45,924 nucleotides of DNA from an uncultured Bacilli bacterium (GCA_947623645.1 CANQHK010000002.1:1-45924), one strand, 5' to 3'; shown: positions 30,566 to 40,058, numbered from the stretch's first letter. Made by a program: numbers and translations. The notes: generated by a model from the sequence alone, not told the origin.

Positions 30566-30608
30566 ACAAAAAAATTAGAACAATCTACTTTTGTCTACTG
30601 TTCTAATT
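30566..30608 (-). terminator. Terminator separating the cargo operon from the recombinase module
   Basis: 10-bp perfect stem AATTAGAACA/TGTTCTAATT (30573-30582 / 30599-30608) with a 16-nt loop, followed on the minus strand by T7 (plus-strand A-run 30568-30574). It lies about 150 nt after the stop of the 689-aa gene. Confidence 0.5.
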
Positions 30609-30761
30609 TGTTTCAATAATATAATAAAATTCGGTTTTAAATTTCTTAATTACTTAATATTAATAAGTATTGCTTGATACTTTTTCATGAAGATTGAAAT
30701 CTTTATATGATTTTATCTCAATCACAGTTTCAGCGAAATTATCTATTTTGTTGAATATTTT

Positions 30762-32831
30762 TTATTTTGTAATTGTTTTTCTATCCTTTGCCTTAATTTT
30801 GGATTGATGGTTGGTGTCATATTTTTTCAATATTGCTAATGTTGTTTCTGGAACTAACTGTGCTACTTTTTCCCAATCATTATTATTCAAAGCTTTTCTC
30901 ACTTCTTTCGCACTAATCGCAGTACCATTTATATCCATAAATCGAGGAATTTCAATAACTTCTATTCCATACAATGGCAAATTATTCTTTAATTCTCTAT
31001 TATAGGATGCAGTTATAATATCTGTTTTTTCTTCTCCTACAAATCTCTTTTTTACATTTAACGTCGGTGCAATATAATCAGTAAATATCTCTCTATCTAA
31101 TGATAAATCTAATGTAACATCTGTTTTTTCATCCCTATTAAAATATTCTGGGAAAATCATAGAAGAACCAAAAATTTTTCCACTTGGAATGACTGTTACA
31201 TTCGAAAAATGTTTACAACCATTCTGTACCATTTTAAATCTATCATCAAACTTAAATATAGACTTATCATCTTGAACTACAATAACAAATAATTGTTCTA
31301 CTTGTTTAGAAACATAATCAATTAGATTATAGTGACCATAAGTAAAAGGATTACAATTCATCAATATAGCACCATTAGGACCCCTAGATATGTTCAATTT
31401 TCTAAGCATATTTAAGTATTCCTCAATATACTTATTATTTTCAAAAACTTTTCTTTTAATCTCTCGCTTTATTGGTTGGGCTAATTTTTTATTATCTGGA
31501 TTTCGAATCAATAAATTATTTTCTATTTTACTATACATATATTCAGCAACATGAGAATTAGCAACGTGATTACAATGGGCTGGTTTGTCGATAAAATAAT
31601 TATGAAGAGTAGTATCATTAAATACAGGTAATAAAGAAATCACATCACTATAACCGAGCTCTAATAATCTTTGCTTTTCTTTGCTTGATATTGTAAACAC
31701 CATTTTATCTCCATTTTTTACATTTACAGAATCAGCAATTCGAATTTGTTCAGGCAATTCCATTGCTCTTAAACCATAATTATTTACAGAATAATCCCTA
31801 TCCTCTTTATTTACCTTTCTCTGTAAATAGCTTGCAATGGTGTGTGCATCATCAACTAAAGCACCATATATCATACAAGGACCAAACAAATTGATGTCAA
31901 AAGCATAATCATGAATTTTATCTGTAGTATAGCGAATACCATTAATACTCTTACAAAAATTATTATTTGAATCAGCCAATCGACAAATACCATTTTTGAG
32001 AATTGTCCCAGGAGATAAATTTTTCCTTTCTATGTAATCTTCTGTAAATAAATCTCCCAAAACATTTTCTAATAATTGCCTGATTTCTAAATCATTTTTA
32101 TAATTACTTAAATAGTATATATAATTTACTTTTGCTGCCATCCTTAATTTTTCTGAAAAAGATAAATTCGTAATTTGTTCTTTATCAGGAAATTCAAAAA
32201 CAATTGTCTCATAGTCTTTACATTTTAAAAATTCATTTACAAAATAATAAATTTCAGCATCATTACACAATTCATTAATTGATACATTTTTTGAAATATC
32301 AAGACTTTCAAATCGAGCTTTTTTTACAATTTCTTCCTTCAATTGTTTAGAATTATTGTCCGTATCAATTAATAATGAATTCGGATGAAGTATTGCTTCC
32401 AAATAATGATCATAGGAAGTTTCAAGCAAAACTATCTGAAAATTATTTCCATAAACATTAATATAATTATATAATTCTTGAGATAGCTTTCCCATTATAA
32501 ATACAGTTTCAGGATTTTGACTTCTTACATAATTCATTATTTTATCATTATTGGCATATAAACATTTCCACCTATCTAAATCAATAGAGGTGTCTTTCCA
32601 TTCACTAGAGTTGTTCAGTTCTAAATTTTTTTTATATACAGCTACTTCGTCCATTGATATTTCTAAATTAGCACCACTTAATAAATTATTTAAAAACGAT
32701 TGATATGTAACAAAGTGTGCATCATCAAATGCAACAATAATTTCTTGATTTTGTAAAAATAAATTTATCAGTTTTCTTTTTAAATTTTCTTCTTGCTTAT
32801 TTATATAACAAATATTTTTATTATTTACCAT
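30762..32831 (-). CDS. 689-aa fusion protein: unknown ~470-aa N-terminal region plus a C-terminal CitC-like (citrate lyase ligase-type) nucleotidyltransferase domain
   Basis: The C-terminus GAILMNCNPFTYGHYNLIDY...FTDYIAPTLNVKKRFVGEE...ISAKEVRKAL...LVPETTLAILKKY parallels CitC (NANPFTLGH...; ...RFVGTEP...; ISASRVR...; LVP..TL). The TxGH and ISxxxxR motifs of the cytidylyltransferase-like superfamily are present. I do not recognise the N-terminal region. Confidence 0.65.
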   Translation of the reverse strand: MVNNKNICYINKQEENLKRKLINLFLQNQEIIVAFDDAHFVTYQSFLNNLLSGANLEISMDEVAVYKKNLELNNSSEWKDTSIDLDRWKCLYANNDKIMNYVRSQNPETVFIMGKLSQELYNYINVYGNNFQIVLLETSYDHYLEAILHPNSLLIDTDNNSKQLKEEIVKKARFESLDISKNVSINELCNDAEIYYFVNEFLKCKDYETIVFEFPDKEQITNLSFSEKLRMAAKVNYIYYLSNYKNDLEIRQLLENVLGDLFTEDYIERKNLSPGTILKNGICRLADSNNNFCKSINGIRYTTDKIHDYAFDINLFGPCMIYGALVDDAHTIASYLQRKVNKEDRDYSVNNYGLRAMELPEQIRIADSVNVKNGDKMVFTISSKEKQRLLELGYSDVISLLPVFNDTTLHNYFIDKPAHCNHVANSHVAEYMYSKIENNLLIRNPDNKKLAQPIKREIKRKVFENNKYIEEYLNMLRKLNISRGPNGAILMNCNPFTYGHYNLIDYVSKQVEQLFVIVVQDDKSIFKFDDRFKMVQNGCKHFSNVTVIPSGKIFGSSMIFPEYFNRDEKTDVTLDLSLDREIFTDYIAPTLNVKKRFVGEEKTDIITASYNRELKNNLPLYGIEVIEIPRFMDINGTAISAKEVRKALNNNDWEKVAQLVPETTLAILKKYDTNHQSKIKAKDRKTITK

Positions 32832-32860
32832 ATTACCCTATCCCCTGTATAAACATTATT

Positions 32861-33613
32861 TTACGGACGAACTATAGAAAGAATAAAGTCTATAATTTCA
32901 TCATCATATCCATATAATTCGTGTTTTCCATCTTGTATTGTAGTCAAACTTAATCTATGCTTTGTACAAAATTTTTCTATATTTTCATAAAGAACCGTCT
33001 TATCCAAAGTACCTTGTATAATTGATATATTGTCAAAATTAGAATTTTTTATTTTTTTATCACCATTTTTAAACTCATCATAACTATTTTTATAAATCTT
33101 AATATTATTATATAAAGGCATATACTCATTAGTCTTGAAATAATCATTAGAAATACCAGATTTATTTTCCATTATTTCACAAAAGTTGATTGCTGGACAC
33201 ATTAATATAGTGTTTCGTATATCAGATTTTTTTTCTAAAAGTCGATTTAAAATGACAAAGCCACCAAAACTACAACCAAATAAATAAATAGGTACATTGT
33301 ATTCTTTTGCAACAAAATGAATTACATCATTTAAATAATCAATACACCTGCTTAAAGTAAATTGAGAAAAATCGGTTTTATCTTCTCCGTGCCCAGGAAA
33401 ATCAAAAGCATAAACTCCCAAATTATTTTCTAATAGTCTATCATAAAATCTTGTAGCCCAATTTTTATTACTACCTAGTCCATGACAATAAATAATGATT
33501 CCCTTTAAATGATTACTTGGTATTGCACTAAAAACATTAATTTTTCCCATTAATATGCTATTCATTTTAACCCGTGTATCGTTTTTTGCTATATTAATCT
33601 TATTTTCATCCAT
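32861..33613 (-). CDS. Alpha/beta hydrolase (serine hydrolase)
   Basis: 250 aa. IIYCHGLGSN, FDFPGHGED and the nucleophile elbow GCSFGG (GxSxG). Confidence 0.75.
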   Translation of the reverse strand: MDENKINIAKNDTRVKMNSILMGKINVFSAIPSNHLKGIIIYCHGLGSNKNWATRFYDRLLENNLGVYAFDFPGHGEDKTDFSQFTLSRCIDYLNDVIHFVAKEYNVPIYLFGCSFGGFVILNRLLEKKSDIRNTILMCPAINFCEIMENKSGISNDYFKTNEYMPLYNNIKIYKNSYDEFKNGDKKIKNSNFDNISIIQGTLDKTVLYENIEKFCTKHRLSLTTIQDGKHELYGYDDEIIDFILSIVRP

Positions 33614-33651
33614 AAATATCCCTCATTCATATATAATTTTAAACCATTATA

Positions 33652-34455
33652 TCATATCTTTCCAATATATTTTTCAAACGTCTTTTTATTAGGATAATTT
33701 ATATTATCTAATTCCTTATATAATTTTAGATATTCATAATCTACAGATTGTTCAACAATATCCAATTCTCCATTTTTCTCTTCAAGTATATAATAAATCG
33801 CAGCTTTATCTATAGCTACACCTGTTCCATTCAATGAATAAAACTCTGTCTGATTGAATTTATGATGCCTATAAAAATGATAATGACCATAAATTATAAC
33901 ATCATAATTATCTATAGTATTACCAAAAAACAGTGGATCGTTATCTGCAGAAACAACATTTTTTGTTTTAGGTAAAGTAAATCTTATATCTTTTGAAGTA
34001 TTTGTATCAAAAAAACATTCTGGGTGCTCACCCTCATACTTCCATACACCAGAATAATCATATCGTACATCAATTGGAAAATGACATAAAGCTACTTTGT
34101 GATTATTAAAATTTAATTCAATCGTGTGTGACTGTTCTTTTAAAAATTGAATTTGCTCTTGGCTGAGTTGTTTTTCAGTCCATATAGCATTATAATATCT
34201 TTCTATATTGTGATTTTTCAAATATGGAAAACATTCAGTACCTAATACTATATATTCTTCTGCATTTCCTAATATTGTCATTATATTATTTTCAATTAAT
34301 AAATCTAAACATTCTTTAGGAGAGTTTCCTAATCCTATTACATCTCCTAATGAATATACTTTTCTTATGTTTTTTTTCTTTATATCTTCGAGCACACTTT
34401 TTAATGCTTCTAAGTTAGCATGGACGTCAGTTATTATTGCAATCTTATCTTTCAT
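33652..34455 (-). CDS. Metallophosphoesterase (calcineurin-like superfamily)
   Basis: 267 aa. Motifs IITDVHAN (DxH), SLGDVIGLG (GD), LGNAEE (GNxE) and YGHYHF (GHxH). Confidence 0.8.
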   Translation of the reverse strand: MKDKIAIITDVHANLEALKSVLEDIKKKNIRKVYSLGDVIGLGNSPKECLDLLIENNIMTILGNAEEYIVLGTECFPYLKNHNIERYYNAIWTEKQLSQEQIQFLKEQSHTIELNFNNHKVALCHFPIDVRYDYSGVWKYEGEHPECFFDTNTSKDIRFTLPKTKNVVSADNDPLFFGNTIDNYDVIIYGHYHFYRHHKFNQTEFYSLNGTGVAIDKAAIYYILEEKNGELDIVEQSVDYEYLKLYKELDNINYPNKKTFEKYIGKI

Positions 34456-34471
34456 AATTATACCTCATTTC

Positions 34472-34500
34472 TTGATATTTTATTTACTTTATGATACTAT
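34472..34500 (+). promoter_or_regulatory. Candidate sigma-A promoter (extended -10) for the Tmk-like kinase gene
   Basis: TTGATA (34472-34477), a 17-nt spacer, then TGaTACTAT with -10 TACTAT (34495-34500), about 27 nt upstream of ATG 34527. Confidence 0.4.
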
Positions 34501-34526
34501 AACATAGCCAAGGAAGTGAGCGATTT

Positions 34527-35015
34527 ATGCTAATCATTGAAGGTTTAGATGGTAGTGGTAAAACAACATTAATAAATCATCTTCGAATGGATAATAAAAA
34601 AGTTTTAATACCAGAAAACATTCTTAATTCTTTTGTGAAATACCAAAACCTGTTAAAAGAATTATCATCAGACTCAATGATGGATCGATCTTTTATTAGT
34701 GAAATGGTTTATGGAAAAGTATTGTCTAATAAAACAAAATTAACAGAAGAGGAATACCAACAGTTATTAAGCTTGTACTCCAAAAACAATTCAATTATTA
34801 TATATCTCTATGCACCAAAAGAAATTTTATTAATGCGTAGAACCAGTGATAAAAAAGATCAATTTGTATTATCAAAATTTTATGAAAAATTATTAGATGA
34901 ATTTGAGTATCGTTTAAATCAAGCCCATACTTTTTTACCTACTTATAAAATTAATACTTATGAAAATGATGAAAATCAAGTTCTATCGAAAGTAAAAAAA
35001 CTATCTAAATTCTAA
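34527..35015 (+). CDS. Thymidylate-kinase-like P-loop nucleotide kinase (short form)
   Basis: 162 aa. LIIEGLDGSGKTTL P-loop, MDRSFISEMVYG (DR(Y/F)xxSxxAY-type NMP-binding motif) and a Lys/Arg lid-like segment MRRTSDKK. It is the only plus-strand gene in the element. Confidence 0.7.
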   Translation: MLIIEGLDGSGKTTLINHLRMDNKKVLIPENILNSFVKYQNLLKELSSDSMMDRSFISEMVYGKVLSNKTKLTEEEYQQLLSLYSKNNSIIIYLYAPKEILLMRRTSDKKDQFVLSKFYEKLLDEFEYRLNQAHTFLPTYKINTYENDENQVLSKVKKLSKF

Positions 35016-36287
35016 TTTTTTTGTAAAATTTGGAATATGAATTGTTGAGACAATTTCTGGAGAATAAGTAACGTTTTGATGTCTATCTAATTCAAATGAT
35101 GGTTTCAAACTCAATAATATCAAATCTTGCATCGACAAAATATTTCTCATGAATAAAGCTTTATCATAATGAATAGAAAAATCTCTATTTATATTTTGTC
35201 TTTGTACCAAAGCTATTTTTAACGTATCATTGTTTTTTAATACACTGTCTAATAAACCACCTAAATATGTTAATATTATTTCTGTTTCTCTTTTTGAAAC
35301 ATTATATTCAGATAACAACATTTTCATATTATCCATACAAGCGCTCATATTTCTATTAAAAAATGCTGTTCTATTATATCTTGCCTCATCAATCATATAT
35401 TTACCATTACTAACCAATCTAGATAGAAAAACAGGAGATAATATTGAATAATAATAAGCAGCACCAAAATTATCAGTAGTAAAAAAGTTTGGATATAATT
35501 GATAGTCCCAGTTTTGTTGAAATGAATCAGTTATACCATTTTTTCTAAAAATATCATCAATCATCTTCATACTTTCTACATCACAACAATTAAATTCACC
35601 TGATAAACCATATTTTAAAACAGTTTCTTCAAAATTACTATTAAATCCATGAAAACAATATCCATCGTTAATATACTTTTGTCTGATCAAATTTAGTATT
35701 GTTTCTTTTGGAGTTTTACTAAAATTCTCTTTTTGAAGAATATTTCTAATTAAAATATCATCACATTTTTTTAAAACTTCTTCAAATGACTCACTACTTT
35801 CACAAACTTGTATTAGACAATTATAGTATTCATGAACAAATTTTTCATTTTGAATATCCTCTCTATTTATAATCATATATTGATATATTTTTTGTAGCAA
35901 AAAAGATTGAATAAAGAGTTGTTCATCTGCCCATCCATAATGATGAACACCAATTTGTGTTAAATCATATTTAAAATTTTTTCTATTTAAAATATCAAAT
36001 ATATCTTCTAATAAAGTAATATTAAGTACTTTTTCAAAATATTGAACAAATTCATTTCCATTATTATTTTTTGAAGTTTGGTTTCCATAAATTTTACAAC
36101 TGCCATCAATATCAACATTCATTATATTTCTATGACTTATAATCTTTTTAGACAAGTTATAGTATTCATCTTTTGAAAGTTTCATTTTTTGACAAATCAT
36201 ATTTATTGCTATTTCTTTAAATATCTTTTCTTTAGAGTCCATTTCTACAATCATATTGTATAAATCCATATTTTTATCCATTTTCAT
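35001..36287 (-). CDS. Hypothetical 428-aa protein (orphan; no recognisable motif)
   Basis: Long ORF translationally coupled to the upstream NUDIX gene by a 14-nt overlap. No TM helices or catalytic motifs that I can identify. Confidence 0.5.
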   Translation of the reverse strand: MKMDKNMDLYNMIVEMDSKEKIFKEIAINMICQKMKLSKDEYYNLSKKIISHRNIMNVDIDGSCKIYGNQTSKNNNGNEFVQYFEKVLNITLLEDIFDILNRKNFKYDLTQIGVHHYGWADEQLFIQSFLLQKIYQYMIINREDIQNEKFVHEYYNCLIQVCESSESFEEVLKKCDDILIRNILQKENFSKTPKETILNLIRQKYINDGYCFHGFNSNFEETVLKYGLSGEFNCCDVESMKMIDDIFRKNGITDSFQQNWDYQLYPNFFTTDNFGAAYYYSILSPVFLSRLVSNGKYMIDEARYNRTAFFNRNMSACMDNMKMLLSEYNVSKRETEIILTYLGGLLDSVLKNNDTLKIALVQRQNINRDFSIHYDKALFMRNILSMQDLILLSLKPSFELDRHQNVTYSPEIVSTIHIPNFTKKLEFR

Positions 36288-36708
36288 TTAAATACATTTC
36301 TATAGCTTTTTTCTGATATGGTAATTCTAATTTTTCTAAAATATGATTCTTATCCATTATTATCAACTCGGACTCTTTTTCTAATGGAAGTAATATCTTA
36401 TCATCTATTTCTACTAAAAAAATATGTGCTAATGATTCCATATTAATATTATCTCTAGTAACCCAATAACAATCTATAGTATATAATTCTTTTGCTTTTT
36501 TTACCAAACAGCCACTTTCTTCTAGAAATTCTCTTTTTAAACATTCGAAGCATGATTCACCTTTTTTGATTCCTCCACCTATTAATGAAATTTCATTATT
36601 TTTTTTTGTTAAATACATTTGATTGTTTTTTTCATATATTCCAAAACATGTCTCCCGGAATATATAATGAATTCCCTTAGATTTTATTCCAATTTGTACT
36701 TTTTTCAT
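36274..36708 (-). CDS. NUDIX hydrolase
   Basis: 144 aa with an intact Nudix box, GGGIKKGESCFECLKREFLEESG (GX5EX7REUXEEXGU). Confidence 0.85.
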   Translation of the reverse strand: MKKVQIGIKSKGIHYIFRETCFGIYEKNNQMYLTKKNNEISLIGGGIKKGESCFECLKREFLEESGCLVKKAKELYTIDCYWVTRDNINMESLAHIFLVEIDDKILLPLEKESELIIMDKNHILEKLELPYQKKAIEMYLNENG

Positions 36709-37487
36709 TAATCATCCCACACTTTCCATGGTGCTTTTCCTATTTTTAGTAATTTATTTAAATATTCTCTTTCACTTTGAAAGTCCATACATTGCCAAAA
36801 TCCAAGATGTTTATATGCTGCTACTTGGTTTGTTAAAACGAATTTTTCTAGTATTTCTTTTTCAAATGATTCTGAGTCTGGATTTAATTCTTTTAAAACA
36901 GCCTTATTTATAACCATAAATCCAGCATTAATCCATTCATCATCTTTTAAAAATTTTTCTCTAAAATAATCCACTTTATTATTTCGAATTTCTACAACTC
37001 CAAATCTCTCTTTTCTTTTTACAACGGATATTGTTACCAAACTGCTATTATTTTTGTGAAATTGATATAAGTTCTTGATGTTGATATCAGAAACTGCATC
37101 AGCATAGGTTAAGAAGAAACAATCACTGTCATCATCCAGATACCTTTCGACCCTTTTTAACCGTCCACCTGTCTGTGTATCTAATCCAGTATCAACTAAT
37201 GTTATTTTCCAATCTTCACTATTATCGTTAATGATATGAATATCATTATTTTTAAAATCTAAATTTAAATCCTTTTTTTTATTCATTAAGTTAATAAAGT
37301 ATTTTTTAAATTCTTCTTGCTTATATCCTAAACATATTATAAACTCTTTAACGCCATAATAATAGTAAATTTTCATTATATGCCAAATAATTGGCTCTTC
37401 ACCTACTGTAACCAAAGGTTTAGGCGTTGTATCATTTTCAACCTTTATCCTACTACCCTTACCTCCTGCAAAAATAACACATTTCAT
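36708..37487 (-). CDS. Glucose-1-phosphate cytidylyltransferase-like sugar-phosphate nucleotidyltransferase (RfbF/DdhA family)
   Basis: MKCVIFAGGKGSRIKVENDTTPKPLVTVGEEPIIWHIMKIYYYYGVKEFIICLGYKQEEFKKYF closely follows the RfbF N-terminal signature. At 259 aa the length is typical. Confidence 0.8.
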   Translation of the reverse strand: MKCVIFAGGKGSRIKVENDTTPKPLVTVGEEPIIWHIMKIYYYYGVKEFIICLGYKQEEFKKYFINLMNKKKDLNLDFKNNDIHIINDNSEDWKITLVDTGLDTQTGGRLKRVERYLDDDSDCFFLTYADAVSDINIKNLYQFHKNNSSLVTISVVKRKERFGVVEIRNNKVDYFREKFLKDDEWINAGFMVINKAVLKELNPDSESFEKEILEKFVLTNQVAAYKHLGFWQCMDFQSEREYLNKLLKIGKAPWKVWDD

Positions 37488-37495
37488 ATTTCCTC

Positions 37496-39175
37496 CTATA
37501 TCTTCAAAATACTTGCATTATTAATTGATGTATTCCAATAATATCCCGTTTCTTTTTTTGCAACTATTATTCTTATCCCCAATCTTTCGGTTAAATAGGA
37601 TATTTCATTAAAATCTAGCTCTAAATCTTTTATAATAACAGTTCGATTTTTAAATTCTATTTGATTTTTAGAAATTTTTTTCTGTAACTTTTCTATTAAT
37701 GAAACTATATATTCTTTATCAGGAAATTCAAATTGTTCAAACTTCTTTTTACAAAGATTTCTTTGAGAATTTGGACAATTATTGCAATTCAAGCAGATAT
37801 CTGTATTATAGAAAAATTTTCTATCTGGTTGATGCAAAGCATATCCTAATGCACAACTTGTTGTTTGAAAGATAGGATAATTTCCATTTTTTGCAAGATC
37901 ATTCCATAAATAATCATAAGCTTTATTGTTCCATACATTATCTGACTTTAAAGCATTATTTCTATTTTCTTTCAATTCATTCCATTCTATGTTATCAATA
38001 ATATCATTCGTTGTTTTTAAGCCTATTGCAACAGAAGCTACACAATATTTTTTTACAAATTGATATATTTTAAATATATCTTTTTTACTAGAGTTTTGTG
38101 GAATAAATGGTCTCCAGTAATGAATAATTGTTTTTCCTTTCTGGGATAATTTAATAAAGTTATTTTCTATTATCTTCTTATTAACCCCCACTTCTATATT
38201 TCTGTCCAATCCTGAATAGCTCAAAAAGAATATAAACTTATGACCTAATTTTTCGTAACCATCAATAAAATCAATAAAATCATCAGGAATATCACATTTT
38301 GATATAAAAATTATTGGATTTTTTATTTTTCGTTCCATAAGAATTTCTATTAATTGTTTCAAATATTCTATATTATCTGAAGTAGAAAAAACATCCGTTT
38401 GTGAAAATAAGCATAATGGCATATCAGGGATATAAAATTTGCTTTCTAATAATTGATTTACTGCTTGTTCAGGACTAATTAAAACTATAGGCTTTATTTT
38501 ATTTAATCCTCTCTCTTTAAGAAAACAATACTTACATTGCTTAGGGCAACCTTGTATTGGATTTAAAACTAACCAAGTTGCATGAACATCTACAATTGGA
38601 TAAAATTGTGGTGTTTTTTTCTTTTCAAAATCATTAAGAAACTTCCTTGCATCCATAACCATTTTATTAAATTCAATTTCAAGATCTAGCTTTAAATCAT
38701 ATGCAATAGAAAATACTATTTCAAATAATCGTGCTAAATTGAAATATAAAAAGTCATCTTCTTTCGCAAAACCATATCGTATCTTATAATGCCTATATCC
38801 ATATTTTTCTAAAACTTTTTCGGAAATTTCTCCATACAGTACATTAAAACTCATTAATGCCTCTGATATATTTTCAAATTTGATATAGTTATAATTATAA
38901 TTGTAATTTTGAATATCTAAGTCCAATTTCCAACAAAGGCTAAATAATTGTAATACAATATCGGATAGTTCATCTCCGAGATCATTTATTTTTCTGCCAG
39001 TTTCACCATATTCCTTATGAGATGAAATTAGGTAATTAAAGTGTCCCAATTGAACATTTAATTCAGCTAAAACAGTGATTGCATCCCAACTTTTATTTTC
39101 TGTAATCTTAAATTGTTCTTTTAATTTAACTGCAATTTGGTAATTTTTTTTTATAAATGCTTTAATGTTCTCCAT
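37496..39175 (-). CDS. Fusion protein: N-terminal MazG-like (all-alpha NTP pyrophosphohydrolase-like) region plus a radical SAM domain (SplB/COG1533-like) with a C-terminal Cys cluster
   Basis: The N-terminal pattern VLAELNVQLG...INDLGDELSDIVLQLFSLCWKLDLD resembles small MazG/YpjD-type pyrophosphatases. The CxxxCxxC motif NPIQGCPKQCKYCF is encoded at 38525-38548. A further cluster, CLNCNNCPNSQRNLC, lies near the C-terminus. The likely start is ATG 39175 (GGAGGTAAATATG). The ORF-track start is 39187. Confidence 0.75.
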   Translation of the reverse strand: MENIKAFIKKNYQIAVKLKEQFKITENKSWDAITVLAELNVQLGHFNYLISSHKEYGETGRKINDLGDELSDIVLQLFSLCWKLDLDIQNYNYNYNYIKFENISEALMSFNVLYGEISEKVLEKYGYRHYKIRYGFAKEDDFLYFNLARLFEIVFSIAYDLKLDLEIEFNKMVMDARKFLNDFEKKKTPQFYPIVDVHATWLVLNPIQGCPKQCKYCFLKERGLNKIKPIVLISPEQAVNQLLESKFYIPDMPLCLFSQTDVFSTSDNIEYLKQLIEILMERKIKNPIIFISKCDIPDDFIDFIDGYEKLGHKFIFFLSYSGLDRNIEVGVNKKIIENNFIKLSQKGKTIIHYWRPFIPQNSSKKDIFKIYQFVKKYCVASVAIGLKTTNDIIDNIEWNELKENRNNALKSDNVWNNKAYDYLWNDLAKNGNYPIFQTTSCALGYALHQPDRKFFYNTDICLNCNNCPNSQRNLCKKKFEQFEFPDKEYIVSLIEKLQKKISKNQIEFKNRTVIIKDLELDFNEISYLTERLGIRIIVAKKETGYYWNTSINNASILKI

Positions 39176-39177
39176 AT

Positions 39178-40038
39178 TTACCTCCATATATTCTTTCTTA
39201 ATGTCAATTCTTTCGAATATTCTTCTTTTTCTTCACCATTCAATATTTTTGCTTTATTTTCTAGAACACTCATGTAATAATTAATTAAATTATTTCGAAT
39301 AACACTATTTGATTGTTTTAATATAATTTGGTTATAAAACACATCACAGTAAGACAATACATCATAAGCTTTTTTTACTTGATTTTGGTAATTAGAATTT
39401 CGCATAATACCATTTGAATTTTTATAATAATTGTATCCTATGTAAGGAATACTAGATACACAACTTGAACTATCTAATACTAAAGATGTAATAGCAAAAT
39501 CTTCTTGTAGCTTTCCATTAGGAAATTGAAAATTTTTCTTTTTCCAAAAATCAGTATTATAGGCATATAACCATACAGGACTATATATTTCATAATTTCT
39601 TGCAAATTTATTCAATACATCGATTCCTTTTCTATTTTGAAAGCTAGATGTTACAAATTTTTCTACAATTTTATTATCATCATCAACCATTATTGCCTGA
39701 TAACGAACAACATCATTTTTTGTACTTTGCTCATTTAATTTTTCAAAGAGATTCTTTTCAATCCAATCATCAGAATCTATGAAAATTATAGTGTCTCCTC
39801 GAATTTTTGAAAGTGCATAATTCCTTGCACTACTAACATCTTTAAAATTAACTTTAAAATATCTTATACAAGGATTATCATAATTATTATGTATTAACTC
39901 ATAGGTTCCATCTATACTATAATCATCAACAATAATAATCTCAAAATTTTTATAGGTTTGATGTAATATAGAATTCAAACATCTAGAAATATAATCTACT
40001 CTATTATGTGTTGGAACAATAACACTAAAATCTCTCAT
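39178..40038 (-). CDS. Family 2 (GT-A) glycosyltransferase
   Basis: FSVIVPTHNRVDYISRCLNSILHQTYKNFEIIIVDDYSIDGT and the DxD motif IFIDSDDW. Confidence 0.88.
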   Translation of the reverse strand: MRDFSVIVPTHNRVDYISRCLNSILHQTYKNFEIIIVDDYSIDGTYELIHNNYDNPCIRYFKVNFKDVSSARNYALSKIRGDTIIFIDSDDWIEKNLFEKLNEQSTKNDVVRYQAIMVDDDNKIVEKFVTSSFQNRKGIDVLNKFARNYEIYSPVWLYAYNTDFWKKKNFQFPNGKLQEDFAITSLVLDSSSCVSSIPYIGYNYYKNSNGIMRNSNYQNQVKKAYDVLSYCDVFYNQIILKQSNSVIRNNLINYYMSVLENKAKILNGEEKEEYSKELTLRKNIWR

Positions 40039-40058
40039 TTTACCTCCAGTATTTAAAG

